Shown: positions 46,415 to 57,687 of the stretch, one piece after another | How the letters are laid out: every line of letters begins with the position of its first letter | Position numbering within the stretch: position 1 is the stretch's first letter | DNA from: Bugula neritina | Lineage: Eukaryota; Animalia; Bryozoa | Direction: 5' to 3' | Length of the DNA: 64,000 bases | NCBI GenBank assembly: GCA_964035545.1 | Contig: OZ037767.1 | Location: 3,235,680-3,299,679, forward strand | Notes under the pieces: model-generated | What the model was told of the DNA's origin: nothing | Database searches by the model: none | Seen by the model: the letters and a program-made list of their open reading frames with translations, nothing else | Program-made: the position numbers and the translations under genes

Positions 46415-49400
46415 TCACCACTCGGCGTCGCCATGGGCTTTGTGGAACACATAGTCCTTTGTGTTGATGTTCATGATACCGTCTTTCAGGGTGAATCTCC
46501 ACCTGTTCTTGCTCCGTGTTATCTACAATACGTGGACTGGTGGATGAATTTGTGGAGCAACGGATAGATTCGTGTATAACTGTTAAATATGGCTTGAAGC
46601 AGCACCGAGTTGGGAGTGACTAAGTACAGTATTTCTATACACAACTCAAGACTCCCCACGAACAAATGCACTCAATAACCACCAACTCGGTGCTGCTTCA
46701 ATCGGTTTTCATGAAACTACATTTCTAGTTGATGTATATGTGAATTTTCTCAAGTTCCTGTACAAAACATCGAATAAAGCTATCAACTGACTAAATAGTG
46801 GATTACACGGCACAGTTGAATGTGGGGTGACAACTTTAAACTACTTGAATTGTTTAAAAATGACTGCTTCCATAATATTACATTATTACAATATATTCAT
46901 AATTCCATGAAAATGTGTTGGATGCAATTAATAATAGGAGCTTTTAACTATATAGAAAAAATAATGCTGAGGTTTAGTGGAAACCCTATAGAGATGGACA
47001 CCATAGACTACTAGCCTATTGAGATGACAAGACACCCTACACTGACCTATAGAGATGACAAGACACCCTACACTGACCTATAGAGATGACAAGACACCCT
47101 ACACTGACCTATAGAGATGACAAGACACCCTACACCAGCCTATAGAGATGGCAAGACACCCTGCACAAGCCTGTAGAGATGACATGGAACCCTCACATGT
47201 TGATGTGGACCCACCTTGTCATACTGACACACAATCACATTGTCCATTTCAAAGAGAGTACTCGAGTCTTCCGCGTCTTCGTCGTCGTCCTCAGAATTCA
47301 GGGGCTCTTCCTCCCCCTCCCCGTCACCCGCCTCATTATCTACATCGTCATCTACGTCGTCATCAATGTCGTCATCCTCATCTGAAGATGTATCTGCACC
47401 ATCTAGCTGAAGGACAACCTGAACATAAATCAGCACAGCGTTGACGGTACATCGACCTTCACCTCCCTGCTTGTGTGTTCAGAGGACATCTAATGAGTCC
47501 TTGACATTTTTAAATTTAGCGAAAAGTTATACTGGGTTATAAAAATTTTTTTGTTAGTATTGAAGCACTTGATATAAAATTTAGGACTGGTATTTTTTAG
47601 TTAAGGTTTATCTATTACAATCATCTTTTGATCTTGTATCTCAACAATTCAAGAAGTCACAAGCCAAACAATGTTCAAACTATTAAAAACACACATAAAA
47701 CGTGGCAGTGAAACAGGAGTGGTGAATTTCTTATTTTACATCACCAAAGAAATATTGTGAACCTCATTATTCAATCCCCCACAAAATTATTATTCTGCGC
47801 ACCTCTATTTCTCGAACTTTTTTCTTGGGAATTTTCTTCTTAGGAATGGTAGTCTTGGGTCTGCAACCTGTTTCTTGCAGTTGTTGAGGGGCGTTGATCT
47901 GAGTATTGCATACCTCCCCCTCAGTATCATCAGCACCATCAACTTGACCTTGGACTAAAACAAAATGTGCTGAAGGCTACAGTTACATCTAATGCAAGGT
48001 GCTAGCAACAACCTTTTACAGCTAAGTTTGCAAATTATCATTACTTGGTTGTATTTTATCTAGTATTACAACAGGAAAGACATTATTGCAACATGTCTCA
48101 TAAGCAGTGCATTTACACAGTTATAAAGAGAAACTGGAGCACAAGTCACACAGTTACATTACACAGTCATACACAGTTATATTACACAGTCACACACAGT
48201 TATATTACACAGCCATACACAGTTATATTACACAGTCACACACAGTTATATTACACAGCCACACACAGTTATATTACACAGTCACACACAGTTATATTAC
48301 ACAGCCACACACAGTTACATCACACAAGGCTAGTATAGTTACTATAGTAATTATAAGGCAGAAGGTTTATATCTAGAATACCTTTAGTTGAGAGATTTTG
48401 AGGCTGCAACTGTGGCCTGAGTATTTGTTGATGAGACAGCGGCTGACCCTGCTGTATTTGAATAGATTGAGGCAGCCTGATACCGCCAGCTGTCGTCATC
48501 GCTGACGTTGGTATGACTGCAGTTAGTCCACCGATAGCTACAACATAGATGAAGGCAGCTGGTTATGCAGGTATACATAAGGACCTCTGATGAAAATGCA
48601 ATATTTACCTGCATTATAGCCTGTCTCACCCATACAGGTCTAATTATAACTTAGTAAGTAACATTAGATAGATGCTCTTTACTTACAACTAGTTGTGTAA
48701 TACATTTAGTTTATATTCTCTACTAACTCTATGTGAAGCGCTTACCATTAGGCTGTAGTTGTAAGTTACCAGCAAAAAGTTGCTGCTGATAAATAGCAGG
48801 CAACGCCATAGTAGCTGTAGCAGCGGCTCCACTCTGAAACAGCCAATCAGAAAGCATGTTACATAACATTGTACAACGTATGCTGTGTTAGTGAAGCCAA
48901 CAAAGACATACTGGCACCACTTACTGTGGCATTTTGTGTCAATTTGTTTCAGTCATTTGAAGTGACAGATAAATCCTTGAAAACACATAAAATGCGCAAA
49001 TAACATTTTTCAAGTAATGATAAAGGTAAACATAAAATTTATTTTTAATTTTTTAATAGAAATTTATGTGCCTGTAGAAAAGCAATGGCAGAATAAGACT
49101 GACACTAAATCGAACTCAAATTTTTGAGAAAAAATAGTATATAAAAACCTTCTACTTGCACCAAACACTCTCCAAGGGCCGAGGGCATACATCAATAATA
49201 GATGTAAACGGTGTTTAGATTACAGTGTCATAGCTAGTTACTAATTCATTTCAGTGAATACTAGTTTTATGACTGCCTTTCACACTCATTGCTAGTAGGA
49301 AAAACTAACCCAACATCAAACCTTAGAGGCATTATATTGTTCATAGCATTATCATTGTTTATAGGATATAAATTCAATGAACTATACACTCAACTATAAC

Positions 49401-52323
49401 CCTGTTAATATGCCTACAGTGACAATTTTACAACTGAAAATAAAAATCCAAATGGAAAATCCATTAGAAAATCTGACATAAACTAAAATCCAGTTTTAAA
49501 CAGATAAAATTATATGAACTACACTTTTCTTTCTACAGGCATGTTACACTCATTTGAATTTTCACTGCAGAAATGTTTCCATGAACTTTTAGGATTTTAT
49601 TCTGCAATCAGTACTAGGGTCAAGTTTTATATGATACTGAAGATAAAAGAGCAGGAGAGCACAACTACTTATCCCACGAAGACGTAATAGCCTACAAGTG
49701 CCTTGCTTATAGTGACACAAGTTCTAGACGCACTAACCATTTAGTCTACGCTCTCACCACTATCACATTTGCACACTCCACTGCCGACAAAATTATACAG
49801 CATTTACATAAACACACTATATATCATGTTCTAAAACTTGCATAGACTATAATTATTCCATGTACAACATCGGGACTAGCTGTATTTGTGGTGGTAACAG
49901 ATCATGCATTTATTGTTGATAAAATTAGTTACCATATCGATAGCTTGTGACTGCATATGAGGTCGTACGGCGGTGGGTCTATAGAGAGGAGTTACTAGGG
50001 GGACGGTCTGGGGTATGGAGTTGGCGGATGTCGACCCAGCAGGAGCCACTGCAACTAATTTCATAGAATAAACAAGTCAAATCTTCACAGTCAGCACACA
50101 AACTTCACTTAAGGAACAGATGATATCAAGTAAAGTTTGAGCCGCAATTAAAAATCTAAAAAGTGTTGGTTACAGCAAATCTTTAACCATAGATTTGAAC
50201 ACACTGTAATAACTACCCTCTAGTGTTGAAGAACAAAATATTTAAATGAGTTCATAATTTTATTAATTTCGCACATTTTTAAATAAATTTTTCGTCTAAA
50301 GTTCCATGATTGTCTTACTACTGAGAAAATCTCAACCATTCAACTAGATACAGAGTTGAGCACCTCAAGTCTATGGTGGTTCACAGATTCAGCAAACTGT
50401 AAGACCCACCTGGCTTCCTGGAAGAAGATGCTGGAGGTAACGGCAAGTGACTTGGAGTGGGCAACTCCTCTAACGCCTTTGAGGATTTCAACTTTTGTTC
50501 CCATAACTAAATATTTACACACTATATTTATACATAATATATTTATACATGCTATATTATACATAACTAAATTTATACATACTATATTTATACATATTAT
50601 ATTTATACATACTATATACTTCCATATACTATAACTGTACATACTGTATTTTTATTTTTGCAAGTATGCAATTAATTGGCATTACAAAGACTATCGGTAA
50701 TGCAAAGAGATCTCATCCGGGCACCTAGTGCAGACAACACTTCAATACAAATTTCAATTATGATCTTTTCTCTGCCAGCCATTTTTATTTCTAGGTGATA
50801 TTACACGAAAATAGAACTATTGTATTCCATTATGTTAGCAGAATACAGCAAGCAGTATAAGCTGTTTGAGAATTTAACTAGAATAAAACTGGACAAGTGT
50901 GTATGAAATTGACTGAACCTGTTTTAGTTCCGTTAAGACTTGTTCGTCGATTCCTTCATCTAGCACGGCCTCTCTCATCGACTCAATCACCTCGTCAATC
51001 ACTGACTGGTACAACTTACTCTGCAAGCACAGCGAGTGTTTCATTTGTAACCAGATGAAACATTGTGTCACCCAACATGACAGATTGGCAAAAGGTAAAA
51101 AGAGACTAGAAATGTTTAAGTCTTGATAACCAATAACATCATCAAGTCAATAAATTGACAGTCCTGTTTTTAATAAAACCCAAGTACAAACATCAAACAT
51201 AACAAATGCCATTGGTTCATCAAAAATTCTAGTAAGAAGGTGTTGAAATAATGAGAAATGACTTGACCAAGTTTTACACCTTCTTAAATTAGAATATAAA
51301 TATCTTAAGATATGAGGAAGCAGTATTTACGGGAATTGGGGTATTTCATTATTTTGAGAAAATTTTAAAATAAACACTAAAGAGTTTTAACAAACACACT
51401 CAGTCTTGCAGGGTACTTCTTGAAGCTAACTTCATTCGATAATTGTATTAATTTTTATTTATTCTAGCAGGCATAGCTGAACAGGAATTTTTATATTACA
51501 TTTAGGCTACAAAAGAAATAAATTCTTGAATTTAAATTTGATGTATTATTAAAAAGTGTTTTTTTATAAACAAACGAAATAGAAAAGTTAATATTAAATA
51601 ATAATTTTAATGTCTAATAGTTTAGTGACAATAAATTTAATTATTATAATCCTATTAATAATATTTATAACTTATAAATGATAAATGTGAACATCATGAT
51701 CATGATCATCAAAATATCATTTTGATTTATCAATTAATATCAAGAAAATTACAATTAGTATTACATTTATTATATTATTATATTTATTTTAGTATTTATA
51801 ATGATGAAATTATAATAATATTTATGTTGAAATATTAATTATTGTATCGACTTTCGCTTTGCATCGTCAGATTAGCCTTAGGCAATAAATATAATAATGT
51901 TTATGAAAAAAAATGCAATTAATATTATGAATGGTCAAATCGATGATTGATAGTGTGGTGCATTGATGTATTGCTCTATATGCATATTGTCAGAATGAAA
52001 GAAAATTAAAATCTTAAATGCAGTGTAATACCGGTGACATTTTGAATTTAAGCTGAATTTATTTATAATTATCATCATAATTATGTACAGTAAAATATCT
52101 AGTTATACTTTTGTATGACAAGTTGGACAACTCCAATAATAAAAGCCCTCATCCTAAACAGTAGGCAATAATTATAAATCAGTATGGCCATGACTCAGTA
52201 GATTTGTTCTGACTTTTCATTCTTAGGAAATCAAAAGTATCCTGTTGTAATTGCTTAAAATAACTAGAAAAGTATGCTAAATGACACTGAGTTTTATCTA
52301 CCTACCACTGACAATTGACTCAT
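46415..52323 (-). CDS. GTF2A1: Transcription initiation factor IIA large subunit (alpha/beta precursor, ~348 aa, 9 exons)
   Basis: Exons (minus) 52323-52306 (MSQLSV), 51020-50919, 50506-50410, 50054-49933, 48833-48746, 48537-48382, 47954-47803, 47418-47215, 46522-46415; 1047 nt. Motifs SKLYQSVIDEVI..DEGIDEQVLTELKQLWEQKL, acidic EEPLNSEDD, NVIVCQYDKITRSKNRWRFTLKDGIMN..DYVFHKAHGDAEW*. Confidence 0.95.
46594..46701. mobile_element. Foldback MITE family, copy C (GTF2A1 last intron)
   Basis: Perfect 20-bp inverted ends TTGAAGCAGCACCGAGTTGG / CCAACTCGGTGCTGCTTCAA. Confidence 0.75.
47014..47185. repeat. 31-bp minisatellite in GTF2A1 last intron
   Basis: CCTATAGAGATGACAAGACACCCTACACTGA, about five to six copies. 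Confidence 0.92.
48140..48326. repeat. 23-bp minisatellite in GTF2A1 intron 6
   Basis: CACACAGTTATATTACACAGTCA, about eight copies. Confidence 0.92.
50502..50650. repeat. ~15-bp minisatellite at the GTF2A1 exon 3 acceptor
   Basis: ATTTATACATACTAT-type units; CATAACTAAAT occurs at both 50502 and 50562. Confidence 0.8.
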
Positions 52324-52620
52324 AGCTAGCGATTGAGTGAAAGAATAGTCTATCTCAAATTAAGTGGCTGAAATTTTCAGCAAGGTCCTTCCTCAAACGC
52401 TTTCCCTTATATACTGTTGGCGAATGAAGCTCGTCAGTGGTTTACATAGGATATTCCGAAGAAGCGCCCTCTCTCGACGCGAAAAAGCACGAGGAGGCGT
52501 GTCTGCTCTGCAAATATACATTCACTCGTTACTCATTCGTCATTCCCATTTCATACTTTTAATTTTGCAGTATCTGAAGAGTATGGCTGTGTGAGCGTAG
52601 GTAGTTTTATAAATCTAACG
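52324..52620. promoter_or_regulatory. Bidirectional promoter region shared by GTF2A1 (-) and ZFYVE21 (+)
   Basis: Head-to-head ATGs at 52323 and 52957. Local CpG-enriched patch at 52420-52500; minus-strand TATATAAG at 52406-52413, about 85 nt upstream of the GTF2A1 ATG; candidate ZFYVE21 5'UTR donor near 52600 and acceptor TTACAG ending at 52946. Confidence 0.6.
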
Positions 52621-52956
52621 TTGAAATTTGAAAGTAAAGCGGTAACAAACACTGTGTTGTTTAGAGCTAGACCTGTGTGGTATAGTCGTTCACTATAACG
52701 TATAACTGTATGACTATAAGACTAAGTATCACACTCACACTGACAGTGATTGTGACTCTGACTCTGAGTGACAAGTACGTCTACGGCTACTAGTTCTAGC
52801 AGTAATTTAATAGTGGTACTACTAATATTACGTCTACTACCAGTACTGAGTCTTGAAAACAAAAATTGAGTAATTACTAATTGTAATTCAAAGAGTAAGT
52901 CTAATACTAAAGGTAATAGCACAGCCTTCGGTCTAGGCAATTACAGATTACTCCTT

Positions 52957-55900
52957 ATGCCTATGGCTTCGAATAGCGAGGCTGTTCAAAAAGAGCTTCG
53001 TAAATCTAAGAGTGGTCTGAGAATTTTGGCCAGAGTTGACAGTCATTCTAGTCCGTTTTTGCTTGACGAGCCTCACTGGGTACCAGACAACGAAGTAAGT
53101 TTTGAACATGTAATAGTTATAAAACTAACTTGACGTTATCATTATGATTATGGACTGATGTATTATTAAATAAGTTACTATTATAGTAGCCAAGATTATA
53201 AATAATATGATAACTAAAATAAGATTATAAACTGGTGGTAATAATTATGTTAAAGCTAGTAAGTAAATTTAATGATATAATCATATAGTAATATCTAAAA
53301 CTGGAAGCAGGTATCACCTGATATAATGATCATAGTAAGTTGAATTTGTTGAGTTTTTTTTCTATATTTTGTTTGCAGTTAGAAATATTAGCATTTTGGT
53401 TATAAGTGATGCATGTTTTTTGTATTTATAACAAGAGCTTGTAATTGCCTACTCGGCATTTAAGGACTGTGATGTTTTAGGCCTGGGTATTTATCATACT
53501 ATGTAACTATTAAAAATGGTTTTGTCTTACAGGTAAATAACTGTCAAAAGTGTAACAAGACATTCAACTTTACTAACAGAAAGGTGAGTTTCAACCTATC
53601 TGATAGATCTCTGATAATCTTATACTAAACTACTTAAACTAACTCAGCTAGTATTGGTAGTGGTCTTAGTTTAACTGGCTGCAGTAGATATATTTGAATC
53701 CTGACTCCGATAATTAAGGGAATACGCTAGTACACTCACATTGACTTAGCTAGTATTAGAAAATACTCTGGTATACTCAATTAGTACAACAATAAATGGT
53801 TTTAAATTCATTATTAGTTTCTTAACATGTTACTCATTCTAGAGCATGAAAGATGCCAATGGCATAGTTTGTATTGAAATATAGATTTACTGTCACTCAA
53901 GGCCATTTAATAGCTTCAACTATTTTCCCATCAATGTAGCATCATCTATAACTTACTTTTAAATTGTTATACCAAATAGTTGTTTTCCAGAATATTAGTA
54001 TAAATTGAAACTTGTTTGGCTTTTTGTCATCGGTTATCACTTTTGTTTGAAATCTCAATAAAGATAATGGTCACATGACTTATGAGAGGTAATATAATGT
54101 GATTGCTTATCTGTTTCTCAGTCTGCCATAATCTTTTTTCTATCAGTCTAGTGTTTATAGCAACACGTTAGCTTCTCCCACTGGAGTTAAATGTGTCGCT
54201 TAATCAACTGTAGCATTAGTTTGTAGATATTTGATTTCAAGTAACAATAAATTCCACTAACATCAATTCCTATATTGTCTTTTTTCATTTTAATATTGAA
54301 TATATTCATTCCTCTTTAACAGTCATGATGCTATGGTGCAATGTTTAAGTAAAGCTAAGCATATGAATTTTGCTAATGTGTTGCTATAAATAATAGGCTG
54401 AACATTTTCACTTTATTCTCTATCAATTCAAGTTTAAGTTGTATAGTATTGCATTCAACCAGTAACTCTGCATTGAATTAAAGCAATTGTAGGGTTCACT
54501 ATATTTCTAGACATTCAGTGAATATTTTCAAAAAATTATCAACAAATCAATTTTCAGCCTATATGCTTTATGCTTCTATAACTTTACTCTCTCTCTATCC
54601 TAGTTAGTAGTTATCCAGCAAAGGAGTTGTGCTCCCCTGCTGGGTGCACATTTATTATAGCCCCACCATGCATATATATATGTATTTGTCTCATTTGTTA
54701 CTCGGGGATTATGATAAAACTTATACTTAATGTCTACTCTATATGATGGTGGTTTATGTAGGATTTAATGCTATTTTCCAGCATCACTGCAGACGGTGTG
54801 GGCAGATATTCTGTGGCAAGGATGTGAGTCACAAACTTCCACTTCCAAGGTTGTCATTTGTAGACCCTGTCAGACTCTGTCAGTTGTGTATTGGAGTGAC
54901 CAAGAAGGAAAACGAGTTCTTTGACAAACATTTGAAAACACTAACATCAGGTATTGATTCACACTCCCCCCCCAACCCCAACTTAATTCAGGATAGAGAA
55001 GAAACTGCAACTAAATGTTAAACTGAATAAAAGTTATTGAGTTAGTATTGGGATACTATGGAGGTAAACAGCTTTTTCATGTAGCTTCTTTAGATGAGTG
55101 TTTCTTTCTTATTGGGTCTTTGGATGAATAGCTCTTTCTTATTGGTTATTTGGGTAGTAGCTCGCTTTCATTGGTTATTTAAATGAATAGCTCTTTTTTT
55201 ATTGGTTCTTTGCATGAATAACTCTGTCTATATGGGGATAAAAATCTTTCCTTTCTGTTCAATACACAGCATATATTTTAACGTAGCCTTGGGCTTTGAA
55301 GTTGTTAAGTTTCAGATCTCTAGTTGTGATGCTGTATGGTCGACAGAGAAATTTTCAACTTTATAATTTTATGCCAATGCATGAGATGTCCTATACTGTT
55401 TTAAATTGCAAATTTGTTATATGCATGGAATATTGAATGATGTGCATGTCATAATGTGTATTGTCTGAAATAGTACCCTCATGAATTCCCTGCTGAATAC
55501 ACATTCTTCTTTCTAGAACTTCCTTTTTTCACACATACCACTTTTTTCTTTTCCTTTCATTTTTCTTGCTAATTTCATTTTCTTTAGGAGCTGCTTTCAA
55601 TGTTGTAAGTACGCTTCATTCGGATCAAAATGGCGAGAGAGAGTTTATATGTAAACTCGCCCCTTCATCTCACAGGTAATGGCTTGGTTTATAGGCTATG
55701 TTTCTTGTTAGTCTTTGCATCTAAAGAGAGTTAGCTAAAATTAGACAGTTGCTCAGTACCCACTAGACTTGATAGTTCTCTCTCTAGGGTGCATTTTATT
55801 ATCATTGATTCTGTAGATACGAATTTTAATAATACATTTAAAGTTTGTACCATTCAAAAGTCAAAACTTTCTTGCATTCTTACCTAATTCTAAATTATTT

Positions 55901-57053
55901 TAATCAACATTGTAGTAAAAAACAGCTTAAAAAATTGCATAATGCTTTCAAATGATACCTTCACTACTTCTTATTATGTTTTTTATATGCCGAAATTTAA
56001 GTTTCTAATACCAAGCATAGTTCTTTGGTATCAGAATACCTTCAACTTATGGGCGGGTTATTCACTTGTTTGGTTATGTTATATGGATTCAACATTGATC
56101 TCTCTCTTCCAGATACATAGAGTTCCAGGGCAACTCCCACCTCCATGACAAGATTGATATTACCTCCATCATAAAAGTGCAGCTGCTTACCGTCAACTCT
56201 GACGCAGGTATCAACATCTCTTGCTTTAGCTGTTGCGAAATCGTTGGGTAACACATTAAAACTAGCTTGACTCTACAGCACTGCGCCTTAAACATTTGAG
56301 GGTAGACAAATCCAAAGCTAGCATGATATTTTTTTTAAAAAAATTAGCAGTGTATTTTGGCTATTGTTTTTATAGATTCTTAAAATAATTTTGAAATGCT
56401 GGAGTACGCCAAAATCTCTCAAATTTAAACCAATGATGAAGATGTGTTTTTATTAATTGATTTATTATAACAAAGCATTAACATTTATAGACCAATTGTC
56501 TTAAAGTTTTCTTACATTGACTATAGTGTATTATGCTGTTTAATATGTGCTATATATTATTATGTTGTATACTATGTTATTATATTATATAATATGTCAT
56601 ATATTATGTTATATTTTATTATGATAAATATTTTTATGTCATATATATTATTGCATTATATTGTATTGTATTATATTATATTATACCCCAGGTAACCCGG
56701 TGGCTACTGGTATGACATTAGTGTACTCTGATCTCTCTCACACCCAGCAGACCATCACATTCAAAGCCAAGTCTGACAGCTCTAGGAAGACTGCCATGGT
56801 GTGGATTGCAGCTATGCAGAAGGTATGTTCATTGGCCACAAACATTGTAAAAAATATATGCTTTTACAACATAATAACTCGCTGTGTTGTTGTTCAACTA
56901 AAGATATCGAAATTGAATAACATTTTGGAGGCTGGGGAAAAAACTCACAATCACTTATTTTTGGTGCTTTCTCTTCAAATATAGATATATTTGTTGTTTA
57001 TTTTGTAGGCAATGAAGCTGTTATTTGAGGGTAAAAGTAGTTCAGAAAACTAA
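52957..57053 (+). CDS. ZFYVE21: Zinc finger FYVE domain-containing protein 21 (~238 aa, 7 exons)
   Basis: Exons 52957-53094, 53533-53583, 54782-54950, 55588-55675, 56113-56207, 56692-56822, 57009-57053; 717 nt. KSKSGLRI..SPFLLDEPHWVPD, CQKC..FTNRKHHCRRCG, LPRLSFVDPVRLCQLC..KKENEFFDKHLKTL, C-terminal WIAAMQKAMKLLFE. The start may be the ATG at 52957 or 52963. Confidence 0.93.
55070..55226. repeat. 30-bp degenerate minisatellite in ZFYVE21 intron 3
   Basis: GAATAGCTCTTTCTTATTGGTTATTTG..., about five copies. Confidence 0.75.
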
Positions 57054-57687
57054 ACCAACAACCGAATTCTTACTATTTCAACAGTTCCGATATCCTTGTG
57101 TAGATGTCGGAAAGATGGCGTGAATATGCAGCATTTTAACTTTTATTTATTTTATTTACTTTTCAAACACTTGCTGGGCAATATGCAATATGACTATTTT
57201 TAAACATTACAATTTTATGTTAATATTTATTACTTTCAAATTTTCATCATGTTACTATTTTTATTTGCAATTTATTTTGAAAAGTTGATGCTAAGATGTT
57301 TCCAATATGATTTTATCTTTACATTTGATATTGAACAAAGTATTGGTTGCATATTTTATTTTCATATAAATTCCAACTAGGTGCTAACTAATAACAAATA
57401 ATAAATACAGTTGAAACTTAGTAATACACATTTTGATAATTAAAAACATACTTTGAAAATACAAAAAGTTTGTGTATTGCACTGCAATTTTGAAAACTAC
57501 AGAATTATATAAATTCAAATTGAGGTTGTCTGTTCAAAGTTAGAGTAGACCTCTGCTACTTCCTTTAACTGATGCAACATCTTTTCCTATAATACTCTGC
57601 ATCTAATTTGCTGAGGCCGTTTATGCCATGCTACAAATTCCAAGACTTGAGTAACTTGATGTAACCTATTGGTAGTCTATTTTGTTT

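Noticed and set aside
47148-47444. Plus-strand Pro/His/Arg-rich ORFs
   Set aside because: Antisense shadow of the acidic GTF2A1 exon 8.
52032-52040. Alternative GTF2A1 first exon ATG TCA CCG|GTATTA
   Set aside because: The 52323-52306 exon has a better donor (GTAGGT), follows a TATA box and gives the expected Val before the KLY motif.
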